This document shows, one piece after another, positions 41,176 through 53,400 of a stretch of 64,000 nucleotides of DNA. The position numbers and the translations under genes were made by a program. Under the pieces are notes generated by a model that saw only the letters and a program-made list of their open reading frames with translations, made no database searches and had not been told where the DNA came from. The number at the start of each line of letters is the position of its first letter. The first letter of the stretch is position 1. The stretch is from Phoronis australis. Taxonomy: Eukaryota; Animalia; Phoronida. The stretch is from the NCBI GenBank assembly GCA_002633005.1, contig NMRA01000193.1:369527-433526 (forward strand), read 5' to 3'.

Positions 41176-44100
41176 TAACAGTCATATGCTCAAAAGTCAG
41201 TGTTTCACCAATGATGGGGTAAAGTACTCTTACATCAGAACAGCATTAGGTAACTTAATTATTGTTAACTGGATCACCTTGGCAACTTGTAGGCCAAATT
41301 ATGTTGAGTTCACATATGAGCAGTTGGGATGCTTCATTACTTTCAAATTTCACAAACTAACAATTATGAATCCCTTATGTTCAGTTTATTTAGCACACCC
41401 AACCTAACTAATTTTTTTGTGAAATCGGTGGAGAACGATCGAAGTTGTTGTTTATGACAAAAACGTTCAATCTGTCAACCATATTGTGTCCTCAATTGGG
41501 AGATTCTAAGGTACAGATAACTAAATGCAGCCATTTAATGCTGAGAGAGTAGCCAGATGACCAGCTTTCACAAAAAGGTTATCAGCATGTGAGGCTGTAC
41601 TTACATAACATGGTTACAATCTAAACAAGTACAAGCCATCAACACAGTCTTAGATGAAATGATGAGCACCAACACAACACATTATTTGGCAAAGTTTATG
41701 CCCAGTCATTTATAAAAAAAACTAAGAAATCGCCAATTTCATATCATTCAGACAGTACCTGAAGTCCAATTTAGGTGGGCTGCCTTTCAACAGACAGAAA
41801 TGGTACAATTATTCACTACCATCCACAAGCCGTGATTCACTACAACAGTGTGAAAAGATTCGCGTGTGATGTCGCTGGCAGATAGTGATCCGGGCATCGC
41901 GAGAATGCCTTAACTCCGACACTTTCAAGCCGGGTGATAAACATTCCGTGACTTCTCAGCAACTTATCATCGACCCCGATTCCCTTATCAGCTAGTTTGA
42001 TTACTGGACATTATTAGGCTGTTAGCACAGGGCACATTCACGAAGAAACACGTACCTATTAAAAGGCACAAAAAGATGCAATTTACACATATCAAATGGT
42101 AGGTTTAGTGACTCAATGATTTGTTCGATGAAACCTCAATCAACTCCAAGCCACAGACACTGTCGCCGTAAGGGATTATCAGGGATCATGGGTAAAATAG
42201 ACAAGGAATTATAAGCGCTACTGGTGCAATAAGGTAGACTTAGCAGACTAGAAAAGGGATCAGAAAAAACAGTTGCTGTAGTCTAGGAGAGTATTAATGG
42301 AATTAAAGAATTTGTACTCCCTAATATCAAATTGTATCGTCTCCAAAACAGTTGCAAGTACTGGCCTGACACAGAAGATTAAAGTAGAATTCATTACAAT
42401 AAATAAATGTCAACTTTATACTACATGCTATCAAAATAAAATCTGAATAGAAAGATACACAGCTAATCAGACAAGTAACAGTCACAGCCAATTAGCCAAA
42501 TTTTAACCAACAAAATGACATAAAACTTGTCCAATAAAGCACCTATCGCTGCATTGAAACACCTACCACGTTGGGAATACAACCACATGTTTTTTTCCAA
42601 GCAAACTCTGTCTAACCACACATCAAAAAGCAAAGCAAGGCAAACAATGCCAGGGTTAGTCCCACGCCAGTTAATTCGTAGTTAAATTAATTAAAAGAAC
42701 AGCAAAACGGAACATATTTGTACATCCAAGCAATGGACTACTGACAAATTGCTGTGAAGACAGGCAGCTCATGTTTATCGACCATACAAATGCCAGAGAA
42801 GTCAGGTAGGGTAAACGAGGAAGATTACCTGGTCTTATAAATACGATATTAAAACAATAAGTAATTAAGTTGGAGATTTCACCTTGGTAGGGGGTTCAGC
42901 GATAACAAGGGACGAACTGAAACTATGGATAGCTGACCAGTATTAGGAAAGCTGTGTGAGAACATTTCAAAATGGGTGCAGATTCTTGTCGCTACCAAAA
43001 ATCGCTTCCTATATGGTTTCAAACTGAAGAATAATTGTGCACTAGTAATAGCAGGTAAAACTCATCAAAACTGGATTACATATAGTTTTAAATCAGTCAG
43101 TACCCAATGAGACAAAGAACTGATTTAACAGAGCAGTATTCGCCAAACTTATGAACTACGGTAGTTTTCTACTCAAATCCCACAAAAATAATTTCCAAAA
43201 TTTTCATTTTTCCATTTTACAAAGTCTGATAACTTTGCTACATATAGTAGAAACTTTACCAAATATTGTTCTATGACATCTACACAGTACAAACTATGGT
43301 AGTTGAAGACTAAAATTTTCTTAACGTTTATGTGAAATTTGACAAAATAAAAATTCATTTGACGACCATATTTGTGTGCAAAATAATTGAAGAAATACTA
43401 CATATAATTTTAACCAAACTGCTTTCAAATGTAGGTCTCAGCAGGCCGACATCAATGCGTGCCAGATTGCCCAGGACAACTAAATTTGGGAAGCTGGCAG
43501 TCCAATCCACATGTGAACTCAGTAGCCTCAACTGCTGATGCCAAATTCTGACAGTCTGCTCTCAACACCTGGTCACCTAGGCAACACATAGTCAGGGCTG
43601 GGGCGAAGAGCTGTTAATCTCCCCTAATCATAGGTAAGTGGCAGGTTCACAGCCAACCTGATCCCCTTCAGTAATTTCATCAACAAATTACAGCAGTTGT
43701 TTGCAGTTTCCCTGGATGTCTATCTTTCAATTTATCAGCAGCGAATTCTATAACTAAATTAAATGTCCAATGTGGTATCATAGAGACAGCATGGGAATCT
43801 CATGAAAAGTTGTCCAATGTACTGTTTCAGCACTACAGCTTTGTGACAGCTTGGTTATTTCTATTTCTACTGAAGCATAGAACATCAAAAATATTATTAT
43901 CTTTCCACATGAAGGGCACATAATTTCGCGCTGTTGATACAAAATGTCTCTCAACTTCCTGATCATATGTGCTGTTTGGCATGTCCTGTGTTAATGCTGA
44001 TGAAAAAATATTTGTATGACAACCAGATACACTTTCAAGCATTTCCAATAAAATGATCACCTTTTCAATTGCATGTACAAAGCACAATTCGCAATGAATG

Positions 44101-44320
44101 CAACCAAAAGGTCAACCCCGGTGAAGGCTGAGTGTGCAAGTGACTATTCTGTAAACTACCTTAAAAGAATAAAGTGGCCTATTCCATACTGATATGCAAG
44201 TTGGACAAGGGGAATAGAAATGTTAATATACTAAATTGATGCCGTGAAGGCAACAGTAAGTCTCCTGATTGTTAGAATGATACAGCTGCAGAAACTCATG
44301 TAAACGCTGACAATTAATTA

Positions 44321-46746
44321 CCGTAATCGTTCGGGTTAACGCCCTGGGCGGTTAAATTGGCAAACCCAAAAAATCGGGGATGGGCGGTTAACCAGACATG
44401 GGCGCTTAAACGTGAAATTTCAAGAAATCCAGGGTGGGCGGTTAACCGAACATGGGCGCTTATTACGACAGGCAACCGCCCTGGGCGGTTAATCTTACCT
44501 GGTACTCGGAACGCGTAGTACTTTTCAAAGAGCGTTATCGTCACGTCGCCACATGACGAGAAAAATGTCATAACAGTGGATGATCCCAACAAAGATTCTC
44601 TTGCCCTCAGATTAGTTATTCACTGTTAAATTTACAGAATTACTGAGTAATAGCCCCGTGGCGTCCTACGGTCTTGTTACTTTGCCCTCTAGAGCGCAGA
44701 CGACCAGTGACCACGCAGCCTCTACTTGGATTGCAACTATTTTAAGATGTGACCTTGTTAAAGTGCGCGCGTGCAAGCTTCACGTGTTGCAGAGGTCACA
44801 GCAGACATCAAATTTATGGTTGCAGTCTCGTACTGAGCTGCCAAGTTCATAGTCTGAGAGCAGTTTTAAAATGAGTTGTAATAAAAGTTTGAAAAACTTA
44901 ATTCAGATGTTTTTTGTGTTTAGGATGTTTATAGTCGACACTCTGTGACTCAATGACATTTTCAGCGTATGGTTCTGCGGCTAGCTGTTTTATCTCGACC
45001 GCCCGGCATTGCTCACTTGCCGTTGCGCCAAACATGCTCGGCAAAGAATTAGGCCTAAGACAAGAATCGGTGTTAAGCGGCCGTGAGCTACTCGTCAATC
45101 AAGAATAAAATTTCGAGCCACGACATAAATATGTGATAAAACGCCACAAAACAGCGATGTTTCAATTCATTCTTAAACAATCGCCTTACCAAACTTCGTG
45201 GTGGAAAAACATTTATTTTTCATGCAAGATGTCCAGATTATCCTATTTATATCACTTGCAATAGGCCTATCGCACTGCGGCACTGTTCGGTCTCGCTGTT
45301 AGCAAGCAATGTCTCAGTCGGCTGACAGTCGTGACTTGGAAATGCCGTCAAGTAATAAAACGGCCTCTTCCAATATGCATCTCGTTTTTTTATGGCCAAA
45401 GATAGCGGCGTGAATCAGCGCGCACGTAGGGCCTACGAGTGAGCACCTGTCAATCACATGTTGGTGTCAAGGTAACATGCACTGCAAAGTGTGGGAACTT
45501 GCGCACGTGCACCAAAATGACTACAAAGTCACACATCAAAAGAGAATAGCCCTAAGTAACAAAAACGGGCGTGACTATGTACTTTTAAGCTGTTGTTACG
45601 AAAGACCCAGTTCTTTACGATATTCCTCCGTTGCCAATGTTCCCCAAAACTGCGATGTCAAGTCTATTCCGATATTTCCCGCTCGATGCTCCCTAAGCCC
45701 ATGCCCGTAGCTAGCTGTGTGCATCTCCTACCCACTATCGCCAATTTTCAGTCAGTCTACGTCGTAGATATTTCAGACTCGAATGGTAAGAAACTGGCCA
45801 ATGTATAAACAAAATTATTCTGGATGGCAAAAAGGGGATGTGGAAACGATATTTCACAGTCACGCTTATACGTGGGGGCTGACGCAAGAAAAAATAAAGA
45901 ACAGCCAGCGACAATAGTTAAATCTGGTAACGCCAGTTTGACTGAGATGCAGTAAGCAAAAAACAAAATTTGACTAGCTGTTTTTTATTACTTCAAGATC
46001 ATACACAAACAAACATTATTGCCAACCTTTGAATTCAGAAATCGATAGGCAGCAACGAAATCGGTAACCCAGTAAGGCACTTGTACTGTCCCTTCGGTCG
46101 CCACACGTCCTCTACAACCCGGCAGTTACATTCATCAAAATGAGAATTTGAAATCTTTCCGTGAGTTGTGAGATTTCTTCAAAATACGAGAGCTTCCCAC
46201 CTTAAGAGAATTTGGAGGGTTGGCAAAACCATTGTCACATTTGTCTGGCCTGATTTTTTCGAATATATATTTTATCTAGTGCACTGCAGACCGAAACTCA
46301 GTGCGGCAGACAAAGTCGCTGAAAGCGGAGGTTTTGACGCCGGCGCCGTTCTTAAACTTTGTAAACATGGGAAGAAAATAAAGTGACAAAAACGTTAAAG
46401 TATTATATTTTGAAGTGAGTCCATGACCCAAGACAAGAACTCCTTACTTGTATTGTAATTCACATTGCTAAACCACCGTCTTGAAGGCCCGGCGTTGTTA
46501 CGCTCATTGTGATCATCGATCTTTTTGTAAAAGTCGGGGAATCACCGTTTCCTTAGCACTGGGCGCTAAATCTTCATTCTTTAAAAGTACGGGATGGGCG
46601 CTTAACCGAGAGGTGGGCGCTTAACTGGAAATCTTCAAAAATCGTAGGGGGGCGCTTAACTGAGCAGTGGGCGGTTAAATCGAAAATCCACCTAAAGTAG
46701 GGGTGGGCGGTTAACTGAGCATGGGCGTTAACCCGAACGATTACGG
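44321..46746 (+). mobile_element. Tc1/mariner superfamily (Tc2/pogo-like) non-autonomous element, family B, 2.4 kb
   Basis: Perfect 24-bp TIR beginning CCGTA, TA TSD on both sides, subterminal GGGCG(G/C)TTAA arrays, a CpG-rich interior and no transposase-length ORF. Confidence 0.9.
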
Positions 46747-47113
46747 TAGAACAGCAAGATGAGTAAAAAATGTGTCACTTTGTGAACTAAAAAGTCACAA
46801 TAGATGCAACACACCTGTAAAATTCTTATGAATACAAGAAAGGCATTGAGAAGCTTGATTGGGTGACCTGTAGCTCGCGACCTGCAGGTCACCAATACTA
46901 GCAATACTGTCTGGCATCCTGGTAAATATCCACGTGCTCAAAATAATACAGGAAGGAAAGACAGGAGACAGAATTGTCTGGTAAAAGCCGAAAGGCCCAT
47001 ACATGCCTCACACACTGACAATGTGTCCTCGGTCATCTGCCTTTCCCTTAGGTAGGAGGTAAGTCTGAGCATGATATCAGGCCTCAGGAAGAAACTGGTT
47101 GTCACTGTTTCCT

Positions 47114-48345
47114 AATTACTTGGCGAAATAAATTTCGCCAAGTATGTTGCTCTTCCACTAAGTTTGTTTTTTTGTTTTTTTTTGTTTGTTCGCACGATAC
47201 GGGTCGCACTTTTCGTCCGATCATTACGAAATTTACACATAACACGTACTCCTAGAAGTACTGGAAGCCTATTGTTTTTCGTCAAAATCGAATCCAAGAT
47301 GGCGGCTGTGGCGGCCATTTGTTTTCATTTAAAGGTTCAAATGCTTCTGGAGGCTACAATTTTTTACGTAAAAGGCTAAGAATCGGCACAGTAAATGGAC
47401 CGGAAGTTTTCAACTACAAGTATACCGGAAATTGTTTACTTCCGGTTAAAGATGGCGGAAATATCGGCGATCGCGCATGCGCACCTCGATTTTGGCCTAA
47501 AACGTTTTCTCCTGTAGAGGGTGCATTACAAGACCAATTCCTTCGAATTTTTACAGGTATTAGTTTCTTATGACATGCTATTATACAAAGCTAAAAAACC
47601 GGAAGTTGCTTTAAAGATGGCGGATCTGGCGCATGTTGACCCATTTTCAGTCGTGCTGGAGTGTGATTTTAAACGGGAAGAGAAAAAGACGTGATTTTTT
47701 GCATGTGGATTCTTTGAAGTATATTCTTTCAAATGGCCTGTAACAATTTTTTTCTCAGACTTACCATTTTCGAGTTATTTGACTTTGAATTTCTTAAAAA
47801 AACTCAAAATTTCATTTTTTCGAAAAATTTACGGAATTAGGCGATACCATCAGTTTGGATAGAATTTTGAACGGGCTTTCAGAAGATGTTTTCCATTTTT
47901 CACTAGGACGTCTACTTTTCGAGTTGAGATTTTCTGATAACGCTGCTCCTTTGTTGAGCGCTCTTGCTGCATTGATGTTGGTTTATCTTCTATTGAGCTA
48001 GACTGTAGCCTATTTCTTATTGATTTATGACATCTAAGTTCGTCATATGAATGTTGTGATGTTGTTCATCATCACCACCACCATCATCATATTCGTCATC
48101 ATCGTCATCATCTTCGTCATCATCTCCATCGTTGTCTTTTCCGTTAATTTCGCCAAGTGTCACTCAAGACTGTAGCCTTTTTCTTACTGATTTCGGACTT
48201 CTACGTTCGTCATGTGTATGTTATTATTACTTCTTTTGTTCATCCTCGCCACCATCGTCGTCATATTCGTCATCTTCGTCATCATCTTTATCGTCATCTT
48301 TTTGGTTAATTTCGCCAAGTTTCACTCCTCGGAGCGCTTTCATTT
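47114..48345 (+). mobile_element. Helentron-associated non-autonomous element (HINE/DINE-like)
   Basis: 5' 13-bp-arm palindrome TACTTGGCGAAAT-AA-ATTTCGCCAAGTA, then a (GTTT)-type microsatellite. The 3' end has the subterminal repeat ATTTCGCCAAGT followed by a short hairpin CTCC-TC-GGAG and a T-run. The element may extend to ~48650. Confidence 0.65.
48000..48326. repeat. ~165-bp tandem duplication with (TCA/TCG)n tracts inside the HINE
   Basis: AGACTGTAGCCT...TTAATTTCGCCAAGT occurs twice. It explains the poly-S and poly-D ORFs at 48132-48670. Confidence 0.85.
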
Positions 48346-50377
48346 CCTCATTGTCCATTTGGATACAAGTTTTGGGCGATCTGCTAGGGTGTTTTTGTGG
48401 ACAGTCGCTCAGTTCCCCCCGTCCTTCCATTTCCAGATATCACGTTGTTTTCATTTTCGACACTTGCCACATATGTGTTGTTTGTACACGTCAAGAATAT
48501 TGCACCCTTCATACACGTTTTTGTTTTGGAGACCAAAATTCCCGTTTGACAACGTGGAAATTTTTGCAAAGTCGCATTTGGCGAGTCGGCGTTATGTTAA
48601 GCAAGCATCGAGCTTTGCATTACCCGAGGTAAGAGCACACTGTGACCATTTTAAAACTAAAGGTAAGTGACATACTTCAATATTAAACATCACTGCCTAT
48701 CCACAACTATCTAATATATGCAACAAGGCTGCATGCATAAAAGTGATATTTTATTCAGAGGAATAGGTTTATTGTTCCAAGGAGTGTAATGGAATGGCTA
48801 ACAATTACAATGTGTCATTTGTGTCGTATCAGTGTTTTTCACCCGTCTCAACTTTTGTATATCGTGGAAGTTCACTGCCTTACGGAAACTGCAACAAAAC
48901 GAACTAGGCAAGATGATTGGCAACCAGGTAAAGACTCTTATCTCTGCTTGAACACCATGACTTAATTTTAAAGCTCATTTATAGAACATGACAGCGTTGC
49001 TGACAACGCAAGACTTTCAAGGACAATCCCTTATGACTAGTGCACGTAGTCAACCACATGCATTTTATTTTAATTTTCGAAGCATGCATTAATCTATCAC
49101 CTTTATTGTAAGTGAACAATAAACTCATCCAATCAATATCATTTCAATTATGTATCATCCCTGGGACATCACACACATCTAATGGACTTTGATAGCTTTG
49201 TAATGACAATGTATTGCTTGCTGATAAATGTCAAGGCTTTTCACTTTACAAGAACCATTCTATTGTAAATTTCATCATAACACATATAATGGCAACTTGT
49301 AATTCACTAGGTGATGCATGTGGACCTGCAGCTCGAGTCCTACTTGTAGAAATGCCTACATTCAGGTAATCACGTGGGTCCCTTATCACATGAAAAATTC
49401 CATGACTACCCAGAGTTTTCTGCTCTCAATCTATTCAGATGTTAAAAAGAGGGACCTGTATTAGCATCACCTAGTGAATATTGAGTCACCCATTCACAAC
49501 TTTAACTGAATTAAAACTCTTTAGACTTAACATTATATCTTTTACGTTGTTTCCAGAAATTTAGGAGAAAATTTAGCACCTGTGATCAACTACTCTAAAG
49601 TCCATTACATGTGTAGGAACCTAACGCAGAGCAAGGTGATCAGTGTCTACAACCATTTCTCTACACGGCTTACTCAGAACCTGGGGCAAGATGTCACTGT
49701 TCTATCACAAGTACTTTGCCTGTCAACACATGAATCCAATTGATGTTGTTATGTAAGCCCTGTGCACATGACTGTACCACCTTAATACCACCTTGTGTTT
49801 GCATGGACAGTTCACACAGATCAAGATTATCCGGTGCAATTTGCACACTTAATAAAGATGACAGGCCATGTCAGTTTGTGCTACAGCAAAGGGGTTAGGG
49901 TTACCAGCATGATGTAACAATGAAGGAAAAGCAATTATAGAAACTGCCTAATCATGTTAAGACCACTTGGCTAACAAGCTTATGGTATTCAAGGTCCTTC
50001 TGAATTCCTGTTAAGCAAATGAACTCAAGGGAAGAGAACACAGGAAGATCTATCATAGTCTGAACAACTAAATCAACCAACAATGAATTTTAATTATTGT
50101 GTTAAGAGGCTTACAGGCAACATCAAATGAGAACTTGTTCATAATGCTGTTCTTTGCGAAAATAAAGATCAAAGCCATTAATTCAACAATCCAGCTTTAT
50201 AACTTTAAACCCATAGGTATTTGGCAGAGGTTCTTTATTTGCTTAAAGGTGACATGTAGTGTATTTTAATCCCTTTATCATAGCTGGTAGTTGGTCTTTG
50301 AACAGTCCTAATAACACTGTGTGATGACCACTTGAGACGAAAGATATGTCATCACAACACTAACAAGTACTCACAAA

Positions 50378-50432
50378 CACACACACACACACACACACAC
50401 ATACGCACACAGAAAGACAAACACACACGCAT
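50378..50432. repeat. (CA)n microsatellite
   Basis: Directly visible. Confidence 0.9.
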
Positions 50433-53400
50433 ACAAAGACAAATAACAGGACTAGCCAATAGGGGGCAGTCCTAGTTAGAAAGAAAGACTGAACAGGTGC
50501 ATATCTTAGGTTCGCCTTTGGAACTTTTGATACACTTCCTTGACATTGTGGTCAGATAAAATGTCGCTAATTACGGGCAGAAATACTTATTAAAATTGAC
50601 CATTTTTATTTTCACGGACTTCTAACAACGTCACAGTTTTTTCAAAATAACAAAGAACTTGTTGCTTACTCCCCCTCATCAGCAAAGCCTAAAGTGGCCA
50701 AAACATTTTGCAAAAGTGATTTTAACCTTGAGGGAAATTTTTATCAATGGATGGGCCTGAAGAATGGAATTTCATGTGGTTTTCAAAATAATTTTCCATA
50801 GGGGAAAGAGACCCGTATGTGGCCCCATAATCGTGGCATTGAGAGCTCTGTCTGACAGTGAAACTTATCCAAATTAACAACCTCACCTGAGATGGGCAAC
50901 AACAATGAAATTGTCATAAACAACCAATTACAACTTGACAACAACCACATACCTGCCCTGGATCTCCTGACAACAAGATGTCCCAACATAGCCTGACACT
51001 GCATTCCTGTATTGTCACACTCACTCACCAAACACAACACCCAGGTGCCATAAGCAAGACACCCAGCCATCACTGTAAAAATTACCAGCTACATCTTGTC
51101 ACACATACCTGTCCCCTCATGCCTATCTTGCACTGAAACTCTGATCCCAGGAACCTGGCAACAAGACTTGACTGACATAACAAGCACAGGGATGCATTGC
51201 ATGAATTTGAGACCGATAAACTGCATGATTCACCAACGTCTGCTCCCAGGGGAAAATTCGCAAACAGTAATTTGTCTCAAGTGGTTACAAGTGTAACATA
51301 ATTTAATAAATGGGACCAAATTACATAGGCTATACTCCTGGACAATAGTCTTTGAGAAGTAATAGGAAACGTGTGCCCATCACAAATGTATAAAGTCCAT
51401 GCTGCAATATTAGCTTCCTAATCAAGTTCTCGTCTTACAAATACCCAACATCAAAGAAATGGCCAAAGGCTAAACACAAGTTTGTTACACATTAATACAA
51501 ACCGTTTTTTTTGCAGGGCACCAACAGATTATTCTATTAAAATTTAACAAATGCTGTCTAGAGCAGATCACATGGCCTGTTCAATAAAAGACTATACATA
51601 CCCACACTTAAAATAGAGGACAGCCTTAGATTATGACAGGTCAGCTGAAGGAATCCATGTTTACAGCTTGGCAGGTAAAAGAACATTGACAGAAGTGCAT
51701 TTGTAGTGGATCGCAGATGGACTAGTGACAAAAACACACCCAGCCCTCAACAAGTAGCTATCAATGGCAAATTACCAAAGGGTCACCAGCTTTGCAAACC
51801 ATTAACCCATAGGGGCTGATGATAGCTCTATAACTATTAACCTATAGGATGGCATGAATCCATTACACTAGTTCTATGGCAGACAGTTTACTTTGTCAAC
51901 AAGCCAATGTTAGGTTAGCCACATGTAAACATTGCATGCAATTGACTTCTCCAACATCAGGATTTGCTGTTAAGCCTGTTTTTTTTTCACAACCTTTCAC
52001 ACAACAGGACGCTGAGAATGCCTCTAAAATACAAGGATCAGGTCAGGGAAAATAGAGATTTGTGGTGCCATCAACCTGAACAAGAACCATGCAGCAGATA
52101 GGGGTTCGAGATACACAGGGCAACAATAGTCTTCTTTGTTCCTGGACCCAAGAGCTGGGAGTGATTTACACTAGCTTATATGGAAACCATGCATCTCATT
52201 TGTAATTGACTACTTTAATCACAAACAAATCTGTCTCATGTTCCCTAATTGCCAACATGTTTTAGGGTTGCAGCAAACAATCCTGTTTAGATATTTACTC
52301 ACTTGTCTCTTAAACACTATAACAAAACTTTTCAAAGACTAAGGACTTTCTAGTAGCAAATCATGTTAAACTACAAAACTACACTAAAGATTGAATTGGG
52401 AATGCTTAATACCCAGTTTACACTGAAATTCAGAATCAAATTACTTTGAATCGGATTATACCCATCTGCTTAAGTTGCTTCCTCTCCCCATCTACACTAC
52501 AGAGATTGAATGGGTTTAGACGCTGTACCATCTGCTGGAAGAGACCATGTGCATGTACACTTGTCACTTTACTGAAGAATTTTTGTCATAAAACTAGAGA
52601 ACTGAACAAGTTCAATAGTACACTATTTTCTTCTAAACGAAAATCGAAAATCCGGCAAACTTTCGAAGCAAAGATTTCTGGAAGCATATTTCAAATGATT
52701 CAGTGTTATTTTTCATCTAGTTTTGACCACAACTTTGTCAAGACAAATTTCAACAACATTCATCAAGTTGAACTGTTTTGTAAACTACTAGACACTCAGC
52801 CAGAACCAACTACATTTTGTGTAGTTACAAAACATAGGTTTAAAACACCAACCACACATCAGCCCAACAGACAAAACACACTAATTACATCAAATGGTGT
52901 GCTTGCCACCATCAGTTAAACCAGACTGACTGGTTAGTGATCCTTCAAGGCACCCCATGAATGTTCAAGTAGTTGTTTAGCCCATGTCCATGAAATACAC
53001 AGATGGTCACATCACCACTGGCATTTTACAAAAATCACGCTGCTGGCAATGACAGTACCAACATCAATTAATATTTTTTCAATGAACATGTATTACCATC
53101 TGTTTCAAAACCAGGCAAATGGTACATGAATACAATTGGTACATTTGTTGGTTCAAGATTGTTGCAAAACCCACCAGTACCTGACAAAAGATAACAGGGC
53201 GGTCCAGGTTGACATGAGTCACTGCCCACTTTGAACAAGAATGACAACCTGCCACCATGAACTTTGATGGCATTCTTGACCCCTATTTACAGACCATTAG
53301 CCCAAGCAGTTGGGCCAATGGGATCATAGAAATCAGCAGTTATGTCATCTGACCACAGAGGGAGACACAAGCCAGACTGGAGACTAACTTACTAATGTTT

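Noticed and set aside
48132-48670. Poly-Ser, poly-Asp and signal-peptide-like ORFs
   Set aside because: They derive from (TCA/TCG)n tracts inside the HINE duplication.
52446-52919. 157-aa ORF
   Set aside because: Non-ATG start, no domain similarity recognised and no flanking splice signals noted.
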